Assembly: GCA_965218435.1 (NCBI GenBank)
Contig: CBDCKW010000005.1
Span: forward strand, 352,001-416,000
Direction of reading: 5' to 3'
DNA length: 64,000 nt
Source of the DNA: Truepera sp.
GTDB lineage: Bacteria > Deinococcota > Deinococci > Deinococcales > Trueperaceae
Within the stretch, counting starts at the first letter, position 1, and each line of letters begins with the position of its first letter. Positions 8,703-17,690 of the stretch are shown one piece after another. The position numbers and the translations under genes were made by a program. The notes under the pieces are model-generated. The model was not told where the DNA came from. It ran no database searches and saw only the letters and a list, made by a program, of their open reading frames with translations.

Positions 8703-9611
8703 TTACCGACCGGCGGGCACCACGATGCGAGCGCGGGCGCGGCGGCGTTTTCCCTCAGGGATAAGCAGCACGAAGTTGGAGAACCGGCTCTTGAAGACGT
8801 GCACCACGCATGGGACGGGGCCGTGGAGTCCCAGCAACGTCAGATCGGTGTCGACGTCTTCGAACGCGCCGCCTCTCGGACCGGCCAGGGGTTGGAGGAA
8901 GTCGACGCTCGCAGGCAGACCTTCGGGGCGCAGCCAGGCAGGGAAGGTGCGCGTGAACGCCGCCGACTCGTGCAGGCGCGTCACAGGGTAGTACGCGCCA
9001 ACGCTAGTGACGAGAGGGGTCGTGCCGAGAACCAGCATCGCGCAAGATTCGGGATGACGCTCGACGTAGCGGCGGAGGGTGGCGTGGACCGAGCCGCCGT
9101 ACACCCGGGACAGCTGAAGCGGCGTGCGCAACTCCAGCGAGAGATCCCGGATGTCACGGTCGAACCGTCCGCCTTGAAACATAACCTCGGACGCGAACCG
9201 GTTCGCCTCGGCCTCGAACAGGTCTTTCACGTCGTCGGAGAGCGTCGATTCATTGTCGAGGTGCAGCATGATGTCGCGTTGCCAGGGGAGAACCTTATGG
9301 CCGATCTCGTGCAGCGTGACGAAGTTCTGCTTGGCAGCGTTGACAGTGGTGTCGAGGTAGATGACGCGCTCGCGCAGGTCGACCATGCCCATGGCCTTGC
9401 GCAAAGCGGACGCGAGCAGCTTGTAGTTGCGCGTGAAGAACCCCTCGTGCGGCTCGGTCAGGTTGATGTCCTGGGAGACGACGAGTTCCGCGCAGGCGAG
9501 CAAGTCATCAATGGGGGTGGGAAGGCGGTCGCCGACGCCAGCGCGCTCCAGAAGCAGGCGGGCGTAGCGCGCGACCTCGTCCTGCTCAGCCAAGCTTTGC
9601 CTTACGGGCAC
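8703..9611 (-). CDS. ImmA/IrrE-family Zn metallopeptidase (CapP-like)
   Basis: NFVTLHEIGHKVLPW (HExxH) and FEAEANRFASE; overlaps the upstream HTH gene. Confidence 0.88.
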   Translation of the reverse strand: MPVRQSLAEQDEVARYARLLLERAGVGDRLPTPIDDLLACAELVVSQDINLTEPHEGFFTRNYKLLASALRKAMGMVDLRERVIYLDTTVNAAKQNFVTLHEIGHKVLPWQRDIMLHLDNESTLSDDVKDLFEAEANRFASEVMFQGGRFDRDIRDLSLELRTPLQLSRVYGGSVHATLRRYVERHPESCAMLVLGTTPLVTSVGAYYPVTRLHESAAFTRTFPAWLRPEGLPASVDFLQPLAGPRGGAFEDVDTDLTLLGLHGPVPCVVHVFKSRFSNFVLLIPEGKRRRARARIVVPAGR

Positions 9612-9969
9612 GCAGGAACGTCAAGTACTCGGCGAGCGCCTCTTCTTCTTCAAAAGTCAGGTTCTGCAGGGTGGACATCGCGGCACCGGCCAGTGAACGG
9701 TGTTGGTCGGCCTGCCTCTTCACGAGGTACCCGGCGGCCTGCATGAGCTGGTCGTAGTTTACTTGGTACAACTCGGCGAGCTTGTACAGCTTGTCGGGCG
9801 ACGGCTTCTCGATCCGTCCGGTCTCGACCTGGCTGAGATAGGCGTTGCTGATGCCCGTCGCTCGCTCGACGTCCTTGAGCGTAAACGCGTGCAGTTGCCG
9901 TAAGCGGCGTAGTTCGGCCCCGAGGACGTTCTCGGCGGCCGGGGTAACGGCTTCGGTCGTGGCCATCAT
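9586..9969 (-). CDS. XRE-family HTH repressor (CapH-like)
   Basis: LRRLRQ...TLKDVERATGISNAYLSQVETG HTH; C-terminal LTFEEEEALAEYLTFLR helix of SinR/CapH type. Confidence 0.88.
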   Translation of the reverse strand: MMATTEAVTPAAENVLGAELRRLRQLHAFTLKDVERATGISNAYLSQVETGRIEKPSPDKLYKLAELYQVNYDQLMQAAGYLVKRQADQHRSLAGAAMSTLQNLTFEEEEALAEYLTFLRARKAKLG

Positions 9970-10155
9970 CTTCCTCCTCGTTGCTGACGCTGACGCGCGG
10001 CACCCTTCTGACCGCGTCGAGCGGCACGGAAGGGGTAGGCACCGTGGACAGAACTGCCGGAAGCGACGGCGTCGTGCATATACGATACACCAAGCGCGGG
10101 CGGGAATTATGTCCCCTTTGCCCTGCTAGTCCTCATCCAGTTCTAAGCAGGGCTA

Positions 10156-10190
10156 TTGCATCTAAGTAGACTTAGATTTATACTTGAGTC
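10156..10190 (+). promoter_or_regulatory. Sigma70 promoter of the Ubl operon with a palindromic operator in the spacer; leaderless
   Basis: TTGCAT (10156-10161), 17 bp, TATACT (10179-10184), ATG at 10191; ATCTAAG-TAGA-CTTAGAT at 10160-10177. Confidence 0.75.
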
Positions 10191-10475
10191 ATGAGCATCC
10201 ACCGCGAGCAGGACCAGAAGCCCCGCGACCCCAAGCCCCGACCCCACGACGTAACTATCAACGTCAACGAGATGCCTGTGACGCTCCCCGGTCCCAAAGC
10301 CACGGGCGCGAACCTCAAGTGCGCGGCGATTGCGCAAGGCGTGCAGATGGACATGGATTTCATCCTCCAAGAGGAACTGGAGAACGGCCGCACTCAGCAG
10401 ATCGGCGATGACGACGTCATCACGATCAACAAAAACTCGCAATTCCTCGCCGTCGCGCCGGACGACAACTCGTAA
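10191..10475 (+). CDS. Ubiquitin-like (multiubiquitin-type beta-grasp) protein, BubA-like
   Basis: VTINVNEMPVTLPGPKATGANLKCAAI...IGDDDVITINKNSQFLAVAPDDNS; first gene of an operon with E2-like and JAB-E1 genes. Confidence 0.75.
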   Translation: MSIHREQDQKPRDPKPRPHDVTINVNEMPVTLPGPKATGANLKCAAIAQGVQMDMDFILQEELENGRTQQIGDDDVITINKNSQFLAVAPDDNS

Positions 10476-10477
10476 CC

Positions 10478-10891
10478 ATGCCCCTCACCGCCCCCGTTGA
10501 CAAAGCCATTGCCGAATTGCGCCAAGCCTTCCCGGACGCCCAGTTGGGCGTCCGGGAGGACGGAAGCGGGGGAGCGTACGTCCTCCTTGACCCGGTCGAC
10601 CCGGGCTCCGCGTACGCGCAGCGGGAGACCTGGGTCGGCTTCCACATCGCCTTCAACTACCCGTACGCGGACGTCTACCCGCACTTCGTTCGCCCCGACC
10701 TCACGCGCATCGACGGCCGGCCCATAGTGAACCCGGGGATGGGCATCCAGGCAGTCAACTGGCCCGCTTGGGACAACCGCGCGGCGCTTCAGCTGTCGCG
10801 CAGGTCTAACCGCCTCAACCCCCGCACCGACACGGCGACCACCAAGCTCTTGAAGGTGCTCGACTGGCTCGCGAAGCACGGAGGAGGCTGA
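10478..10891 (+). CDS. Prokaryotic E2/UBC-like protein lacking cysteine, BubB-like
   Basis: VGFHIAFNYPYADVYPHFVRPDL resembles the UBC FxxxxxYP motif; QLSRRS; operon position. Confidence 0.7.
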   Translation: MPLTAPVDKAIAELRQAFPDAQLGVREDGSGGAYVLLDPVDPGSAYAQRETWVGFHIAFNYPYADVYPHFVRPDLTRIDGRPIVNPGMGIQAVNWPAWDNRAALQLSRRSNRLNPRTDTATTKLLKVLDWLAKHGGG

Positions 10892-10893
10892 CC

Positions 10894-12339
10894 ATACGCA
10901 GCCCCGTCACCCTTACCCTGACCGAGGCGCAGCACACTGCTCTCCTCGCCCACCTGTTCCCTGGCGACGACGACGAGCACGGTGCTGTCATCGCCGCGAG
11001 CGTCGTCATCACCGAGCGGGGCACGCGCCTGATCGGTCGCGACGTGTTCCTCGCCGAGGACGGCACCGACTACGTGCCCGGCCAGCGCGGCTACCGCATG
11101 CTCACCTCGAGCTTCGTCAGCGAGAAGATCCGGTACTGCCGCGACCAGAAGCTCGCTTACTTCGCCGTACACAACCACGGCGGGGACCGCAGCGTCCACT
11201 TCAGCAGCGATGACTTCGCTTCACACGAACGCGGCTACCCCGCCCTCTCGAAGATTTCCCGCGGTCAGATCGTGGGCGGCCTCGTCTTCGCCAAGCGCGC
11301 CGTCGCCGGCGACTTGTGGCTGCCTAACGGCAGCCGGGTGGAGCTGGAGAGCGCACGCCTGCTCGGCCCGTCAGTGCGGACGATCTACCCGGAGCCGCCC
11401 GTCGCCGCCCGTGACGCCCGCTTCGACCGCCAGGCGCGCCTGTTCGGCGACGAGGGCCAGCGGCAGCTAAGCGCCATGAAGGTCGGCGTGATCGGCGCGG
11501 GCGGTGCGGGCTCACTCCTCGTGGAGTACCTCGCGCGCCTCGGCGTCGGGCACCTCGTCGTCGCCGACTTCGACCGGGTAGACCTCACCAATGTCCCGCG
11601 CATCACTGGTGCCACCTACGGCGACGCGCGCGCCGTCCTCACCAACGAGCGGCGTCCCCACTGGATGCGCCAACTCGGCAAGCGGTTTGCTACCCGCAAA
11701 ATCGATGTGATGCGCCGTATCGCGCGCCGCGCGAACCCGCTCGTGACCTTCGAAGGGATTTTCGGCGACGTCTGCGACGACCCCGTCGCGCGGCGCTTCA
11801 CCGACTGCGACTACCTCTTCCTCGCGGCGGACTCGTTCGGCGCGAGGCTGGTGTTCAACGCGATTGTCCATCAGTACCTGATCCCGGGCGTGCAGGTCGG
11901 CGCGAAGGTCCCGGTGGACAAGACCAGCGGCGACGTGGGCGAGGTGGTGGTCGTCGTTCGCCCGGTCCGCCCCGGCGAGAACTGTCTTTGGTGCACCGGG
12001 CTGATCCCCGCCGCGAAACTGACGGAGGAGGCCACCGCCCCCGAGCAGCGCGCGTCCCAGCGGTACGTGGACGACCCGACCGTGCACGCCCCTAGCGTCA
12101 TCACCCTAAACGCCGTCGCCGCGAGCGCCGCCGCCGACGGCTTCCTGTTCACCATGCTAGGCCTGACGCGAGACAAGGCGACACGGGAGTACATGAGCTA
12201 CCGGTCCCGCAGGCGTACTTGGAAAATCGACGCACCCCGACGGGATGACGACTGCCCCTGGTGCAGCCCGCGCGGCACCCTCGGGCGTGGGGACGCCGAG
12301 AGTCTGCCAACCCGTCCTTTACGGAAGCGCGAGAAGTGA
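10894..12339 (+). CDS. JAB/JAMM peptidase fused to a ThiF/E1 adenylyltransferase (BubCD-like); start probably the non-canonical ATA at 10894
   Basis: Frame is open upstream of 11044 (HLFPGDDDEHGAV); HNHGGDRSVHFSSDD (HxH..S..D); GAGGAGS, DFDRVDLTNVPR, AADSFGAR, CLWC and CPWC. Confidence 0.88.
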   Translation: MRSPVTLTLTEAQHTALLAHLFPGDDDEHGAVIAASVVITERGTRLIGRDVFLAEDGTDYVPGQRGYRMLTSSFVSEKIRYCRDQKLAYFAVHNHGGDRSVHFSSDDFASHERGYPALSKISRGQIVGGLVFAKRAVAGDLWLPNGSRVELESARLLGPSVRTIYPEPPVAARDARFDRQARLFGDEGQRQLSAMKVGVIGAGGAGSLLVEYLARLGVGHLVVADFDRVDLTNVPRITGATYGDARAVLTNERRPHWMRQLGKRFATRKIDVMRRIARRANPLVTFEGIFGDVCDDPVARRFTDCDYLFLAADSFGARLVFNAIVHQYLIPGVQVGAKVPVDKTSGDVGEVVVVVRPVRPGENCLWCTGLIPAAKLTEEATAPEQRASQRYVDDPTVHAPSVITLNAVAASAAADGFLFTMLGLTRDKATREYMSYRSRRRTWKIDAPRRDDDCPWCSPRGTLGRGDAESLPTRPLRKREK

Positions 12340-12412
12340 CGAGGACGCGACTGCAACGTAATGCAGGAACCCGAACAAGGGGGTCAGAAGCGGATGTCTG
12401 AGCCGAAGCAAC

Positions 12413-12645
12413 TTAACCACTACCGACTCGAAGTCGGTAGGTTGAGGAGCTAGGCTGGAAGCCGGAAGCTACTCTAAAGAGATATTCTCCTCACCGTTTT
12501 GCTTATGAGCGTCGTAGTGGGTGTTGATGTATTCGTCTATCATCTCATCAGTGACGTTCCCGCTCGTGGCGCTGAAGTAACCCCGTGCCCAGAAGTGCTG
12601 CCCCCAGTACCGCTTCCTTAGCTCCGGAAACTCCTGCTGTACTTT
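12413..12645 (-). mobile_element. IS200/IS605 tnpA 3' remnant with right-end hairpin
   Basis: QEFPELRKRYWGQHFWARGYFSATSGNVTDEMIDEYI; hairpin CTACCGACT-CGA-AGTCGGTAG at 12420-12440. Confidence 0.8.
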
Positions 12646-13120
12646 CCGCGACCTCGGGCCGTTCACGTTTAGGACAGTACTTCGGTGTGCTCACAGCATA
12701 CAGTCCTTCGCGTCGCATTAACCGTTTGACCCTGCCTAAAGAGCAGGTTACTTGCTGTTTCTTAAGCTCGGCGTGAACCCAAGGGCTCCCATAACGCTCC
12801 TTATGCTTGGCGAATACCGCTTGGACTTGCACCAGCAGCGTGGCATTTGCCTTTTCGCGTCCACTGGGGGGCCGTAGCTGACGTTTGCGCTGATGGTAGT
12901 AACTGCTCTTCGGCACCCCCAGCACGTCACACAAGACGCTGACCGGAAACTCGCGCTGGTGTGCCTCGATAAACGTACTTTTCAGGTCGAGTGTCTCGCA
13001 AAATAAATGGCGGCCTTTTTTACAATCGCCAACTCCATTTCGAGCCGCTTCACCTTATCCTGCGACCGCCTCAGCTCGGCTTCCTCAGCCGTTGGTTGCG
13101 CCCGCTTGTGTCCTGGTGTG
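12646..13120 (-). mobile_element. IS3-family internal remnant (orfA end and orfB start), related to the element at 52901-54195
   Basis: [20 protein letters not shown] and LCDVLGVPKSSYY...RYGSP..HAEL...RVKRLMRREGL closely match the later IS3 copy. Confidence 0.85.
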
Positions 13121-13441
13121 CTGAAGGTCATCTTTCCCGAGGCGCTCGACGTCATAGGCGTCGCCATGGGTAACTCGAGTGACAACGCCTCCGAAGACCT
13201 CCAGTACTTCGACGCGCGCATGTGGACTGATGAGGATCAGCGCGACGCCGAGGCGCTGCAGCGCGAAACGGGCTTCTTGACCGACCTGAGGCGTAGCGAG
13301 ACCGTTGTCAAGACCTACCCGGACGTCTTACCTCGAAGTAGGTTGGTCGCAACAACCTTTGGTAAGGGCGGCCAGCGCAACAAACCTTGCCCGTGCGGTA
13401 GCGGTCGCAAGTACAAACATTGTCATGGGTACTTGACGTGA
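13121..13441 (+). pseudogene. C-terminal fragment of a SEC-C motif protein
   Basis: [20 protein letters not shown]; the 5' part is replaced by IS3 sequence. Confidence 0.7.
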
Positions 13442-13535
13442 GACAAGCAGAGTTTCTGAACACAGATAAGAAATGAGTTTTGCAAAACCTCAAGAGCAGC
13501 TTTCGGCGATTACAAGCTGTCTACCTCAGGTAAAG

Positions 13536-14424
13536 TAGACCTATTGCGAAAGTCATGTTTCAAGACCAAGCTCGAAATTGTAGAAGCCGGAGATGAGGTT
13601 AAAGCGTAAGCCGAAGCGTTTGCGGCGGCCTCTATAACGCTTGGAAAGGATTTTGAAGACCTTGAGTTTGCAGTTGACGTGTTCAATGCTTAGGCGCAGT
13701 TTAGCTAGTGCCTTGTTGTAGCGCTTCTCGTCGGGTTCGAGTTCCCCGCCTTTACGCTTTTTACAGGGTAGTTCGCTGTTCTGATGAAGCGTTTGTAACC
13801 CTTGATAGCCCGAATCAGCCAGCCAGAAGCACGTGGGGTGCAAATGCACTCGGCTCGCCTGAAAGAGCTTGAAGTCATGCGTCTTACCCTTGCTGAAGCT
13901 TGTGCAGATGATTTTACGACTCTGCCAGTCAACGACGACTTGTGCTTTTAACGTATGGCGCTTCTTCTTCCCACTGTAGAACTGCCGCTGTTTTTTTTCG
14001 GCCTCTCGATCGGTGTTTCAGTTGCGTCTACAACCACAAAGCTTAGTTCTGCACCACCCTCCTGCACTCGCCGCTTACCTGAAAGGCTGAAAACCTCGGC
14101 CTTGCTTAAGGTGTCCTCTACTCGACGGATAATGCGGAAAGTGCTAGAAGTGTTGAGCCTATAGGTATGAGCGATATGGAAGTAGGTGCGGTGCTCGCGC
14201 AAATACATGAGGGTCATTAACACCTGATCTTCCAAGCTTAACTTACTCGGCCTACCTGATTTACGCTTCTTGAGCCCCGTCTCTCGCAAAATCTCAACCA
14301 TCACCGCAAACGTCTCGGCCTTCACGCCTGTCAGCCGCTTGAACTCCTCAGCTGCCAACTCTTTTGTCTGTTCATAGAACATTCTTTACTTCAGCACTTA
14401 AACCCTACTTTCGCAATAGGTCTA
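13536..14424 (-). mobile_element. IS5-family element (ISL2-like), two ORFs joined by a probable -1 frameshift
   Basis: 18-bp perfect inverted repeat TAGACCTATTGCGAAAGT at both ends; orfA 13948..14382 (HTH_Tnp_4, VVDATETPIERPKK) with an A8 run at about 13991-13998; orfB LADSGYQG...RLSIEHVN. Confidence 0.9.
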
Positions 14425-14501
14425 CTGAAATTAGTAATTTTCAAAAAATATGTTAAGAGGTTATCGAGGTGCCAAACGCTAAGGCCTTGTAAAATAGTTA
14501 A

Positions 14502-15083
14502 ATGTCAATAGACAAAGCAACAGTCGAAGTCAGGCTTATCAAGGAAACATTTGACGATTGGTTAGACAAATCTCATATAGACAGCGAGTTAAGAGAACAG
14601 CTAACAAAAGCAAACCTTTGGATTGCTCCTGAGGAGCCGCGTAACGGTGTTGAACGGCCCTTTTTCTATGAAGGTACTCTCGACACATTCAATTTTCTAA
14701 AGGACAACTCCTCCGAAGAAGTCAAAGTGGACCTTGCTGTTAAAGATGACGAGTACGTTGAGCTCGCGCTTCACTTCGACTACGCCATGCTGGGAACCTT
14801 TGTCGTTGAAAACGTTATCTTACCTATTGCCGTTAATCTAATCTACGACGCAATAAAAGATCGCCTTGGGCCGAAAACCGCAAGCACAGTCGTTAAAGTC
14901 AAGCTACGCGTTCTTCTACATGAGGAAGTAGACCTTAGCGATAGGCTGTCTGTGCAGCTAGAGTACGAAGGCACCGCAGAAAACCTAAAAGAGGTACTTC
15001 TACAGTCTTACGAGGCATCGGCGGAGCTTAAGGCCGAAGGTGAGACGACCCGCAAACACCTTGAGTTCCCCTCGAAGTGGTAG
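14502..15083 (+). CDS. Hypothetical protein coupled to the downstream SEC-C gene
   Basis: 193-aa ORF; TAAAAT 6 nt before the ATG; overlaps the next gene. Confidence 0.7.
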   Translation: MSIDKATVEVRLIKETFDDWLDKSHIDSELREQLTKANLWIAPEEPRNGVERPFFYEGTLDTFNFLKDNSSEEVKVDLAVKDDEYVELALHFDYAMLGTFVVENVILPIAVNLIYDAIKDRLGPKTASTVVKVKLRVLLHEEVDLSDRLSVQLEYEGTAENLKEVLLQSYEASAELKAEGETTRKHLEFPSKW

Positions 15084-15943
15084 CTACAGAAAACGTTCGG
15101 GCTTATCTATTTAGTGTCAAAGTGAATTGGTCGGATCGAGATTCGGAGCCGGTCATGGTCAAGCTCGCCGAGGCTAAGGCGGAGGCAGTCGCGGCAAGTA
15201 AACAAGATGTCGCTAAAGAAGTGTGGTGTCTCGAAACGGTTTTAAAGATACAGGACGGGTACATAGAGGCTTTCAGATTAATGAAGGCTCAAGATTTCTA
15301 CAAAGCGTGATGTGTCCTGGAACAAGTCGAGCTCGCGCTTTTAAGATTGTACCGACACTTTCGGGGCTCCGCCGACCACTACCAGCTCAATTTCATTTAC
15401 GCGCACACAGAACGGTTTCAATCCATTTTTCCGTACAGAATTTTCGCCAGCCCAGAATACTTGAAGACGGAGGTTCGCTGCGGCATCTGTGACGCTATCA
15501 TCACACCGAGAAACTCATGTGACCATCGTAAGGGCGAAATCTATGACGGAGAGATATGCGTACACCACGTGACACAAGCGCAACTACTCAACATCGCGAT
15601 GGTAACCTCTCCGAGCCAGCGGTATTCAGTCGTGTTTGCAACCGACAACCAGGGTAATAGAACAGATTTCGACTACTCGGTTCTAGACTACGTTTTGCGA
15701 GGGCTTAACTCGCCTTTCCACGGGTGGCGTTGCACCCGGACGGTCACCGACGTGCCGCATGAGCTTTACAGAGGAGTCGGTCGTAATCAAGATTGCCCGT
15801 GCGGCTCGGGACGCAAGTATAAACACTGCTGCTTAATGAAGGCAGGGGTCACCCGACCTCATATAGAGATTCAATACGACATACCACCCGACACTGATAT
15901 GCCCGAACAGATGTTTATAGGTTTTAGGAGGAATAACCCTTAG
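15077..15943 (+). pseudogene. Zn-finger / SEC-C motif protein with one in-frame TGA at 15308-15310
   Basis: ORFs 15077..15310 and 15347..15943 share a frame (FYKA*CVLEQVE); CGIC...CDH...C and [18 protein letters not shown]. Confidence 0.75.
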
Positions 15944-15957
15944 AGAACCACGGCGGT

Positions 15958-16983
15958 TTAGCCGACGCTATCCCCTAACGCCTCTTGCGCCTTTCTCGCC
16001 CGCTCCGAGGCTTTACGTGAGGTCACCTTGCTGTAACGCATCGTAGTGGTGAGGCTGTTGTGACCGAAGAGTGCCTGAGTCTCCAAGGCCCCCACCTGTT
16101 CTTGCATCACAACCCCAAAGGTGTGTCGGAAGGCGTGAACGCCTTTATAGCCGTTCGGTGTCCCCTCAAACGGGTTGACGCCAAACGCCTTAAGACACAT
16201 GCGTTTGATCCTAGCTCTAAGCCCAGCTGCTTGATACGGTGCCCAGGCTTTCGCGTAGTAGCGCATCAACACATGGTCGCCTGCGTGCGGCACGTCGCTC
16301 ATGGCTTTACCGGTGGCGGTAGCGAGCGGCACCAACCGGACTTTTTTACCCTTGCCGTGAACCCGGATCAGCCGCTCGCGAAAGTCGATGTTAGCCCACT
16401 TAAGCGTGACGATTTCCTCGATACGGAGGCCTGAAAGAACCGCTAAGAGAATCGCGACTTTCGAAACCGGATCGTCGTAGGTGTCGCAGGCGTGGACGAG
16501 TTCCTTGACCGTGTCGAGGCCGTACTCGCTGCGTTTCTCCTCGGGCTTGACCGGGTCGGGCCTAATCATCACCTTCTCGAAAGGGTTCTCGAGTTCGAAG
16601 CCGCACCACTGTAAAGCCTGATAGAAACGCCTAGCTGCTGCCGCACGGAGCTGCACGGTGGCGGGAGACTTGGGCTTGACCTCTTCACTACCTTGCTCGA
16701 GCTCCCGTACATAGGTCTGGGCTTCGTCGGGAGAGACCCGAAGTATATCTGCGCCTCCTATATAGATAAGGTAATCGAGGACGCCGCGCCGGTATGCTCG
16801 TAAGGTGTGCTGAGAGATACTCGTGCCCTTTTTACCCTTGAACTGCAAATACGCTAATGTCAGCAGCCAGAAGTCGTCGTGGTTCTCGGCTTGGATTGCC
16901 TTGGCCGCTCTGAGTTTGCGTTCGCCCACTTCGAGTGCTGACCAGTCTTTCCAGGTGTCGGGCGCGTAGACGAGGTTAGTCAT
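15958..16983 (-). CDS. Tyrosine recombinase/integrase
   Basis: SGLRIEE, GKGKK, HAFRH, FGH, TMRY give a full catalytic set; ATG at 16983 overlaps the PIN stop (TGATG). Confidence 0.9.
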   Translation of the reverse strand: MTNLVYAPDTWKDWSALEVGERKLRAAKAIQAENHDDFWLLTLAYLQFKGKKGTSISQHTLRAYRRGVLDYLIYIGGADILRVSPDEAQTYVRELEQGSEEVKPKSPATVQLRAAAARRFYQALQWCGFELENPFEKVMIRPDPVKPEEKRSEYGLDTVKELVHACDTYDDPVSKVAILLAVLSGLRIEEIVTLKWANIDFRERLIRVHGKGKKVRLVPLATATGKAMSDVPHAGDHVLMRYYAKAWAPYQAAGLRARIKRMCLKAFGVNPFEGTPNGYKGVHAFRHTFGVVMQEQVGALETQALFGHNSLTTTMRYSKVTSRKASERARKAQEALGDSVG

Positions 16984-17363
16984 CAGCGGATGGCCGTAAT
17001 CTTGAGCTCTAGAGCCACATTTGTCCAAATACCCTCGGCGGTATAGACTTCCCGGTTCGTCTCGAGCCCCAAGGCTAAGCAAGCCCGGTCGCCGAGCGAA
17101 AGGCCGTAAGCTTTCGTGTCTGGGTAGAGTGCGGCCGCACGCTCGGCGTGTTCAGCACTAAACGGCACGATGCTAACCCCTAAACCACCAAAGAGCTGCC
17201 TGAGGTGTAAGGTGTCGCCAGCACGTGCCGCGACCTTTTGCATGACCTCCGACCAGTTGACGCTGCTCACCAAACTACCCCGCAGGGCGGCGCGAGCCTT
17301 ATCGGCTCCCGGTTCACGGAAAGCAACGGCCAACAAGCTCGAGGCGTCATGCACCACGCTCAC
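16983..17363 (-). CDS. vapC: PIN-domain VapC toxin
   Basis: VVHDASSLLA, SSVNWSEV, GLSLGDRACLALG. Confidence 0.9.
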   Translation of the reverse strand: MSVVHDASSLLAVAFREPGADKARAALRGSLVSSVNWSEVMQKVAARAGDTLHLRQLFGGLGVSIVPFSAEHAERAAALYPDTKAYGLSLGDRACLALGLETNREVYTAEGIWTNVALELKITAIR

Positions 17364-17614
17364 AGCTCAGCTGCTTCACGTCTAGCTTCTTCACGCCGTT
17401 CGCGCAAAAGTTCATCACTGACCAATTTACCTTCGGGGGGTTCACCTACAGCTTGATAGAGGCGCTCGAGTAGAGCTGCCTCGGTCTCGAGAATAAGCCG
17501 CTTATCATCCAGTGTGACCAAAAGCTCGTCGCCTTCTTTAAGATCAAGGTTGTGACGAAGCTCAGCGGGTATAATCATACGTCCGTTTTGACCAAGTTTA
17601 ATAGTTGTAGTCAT
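17360..17614 (-). CDS. AbrB/MazE/SpoVT-family antitoxin
   Basis: MTTTIKLGQNGRMIIPAELRHNLDLKEGDELLV; GTGA overlap with vapC. Confidence 0.88.
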   Translation of the reverse strand: MTTTIKLGQNGRMIIPAELRHNLDLKEGDELLVTLDDKRLILETEAALLERLYQAVGEPPEGKLVSDELLRERREEARREAAEL

Positions 17615-17690
17615 ATCATCTCCATATGACAGTATAGGCGTTACTTGCCCAGCTTTGGAAGCTCTAACAATCCAACTACTGTCACTCATT

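Noticed and set aside
8572..8991. 139-aa ORF over the second IS110 end
   Set aside because: Overlaps the structured non-coding end and the protease antisense strand; low-complexity translation
8799..9746. 315-aa plus-strand ORF, and similar long antisense ORFs at 44310..45071, 48519..49487, 57498..58325 and 62657..63757
   Set aside because: Shadow frames of GC-rich genes on the opposite strand; no motifs
10894..12339. Reading as ThiF/MoeB cofactor biosynthesis or as CBASS Cap2/Cap3
   Set aside because: No thiamine or molybdopterin genes, no GG-ending sulfur carrier, no CD-NTase or effector nearby
12413..12645. TnpB/omega-RNA system at the IS200 remnant
   Set aside because: tnpA is followed directly by the end hairpin; no tnpB present
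16984..17082. Longer N-terminus of the integrase in the ORF track
   Set aside because: Overlaps vapC; the TGATG-coupled ATG is mirrored in the second copy
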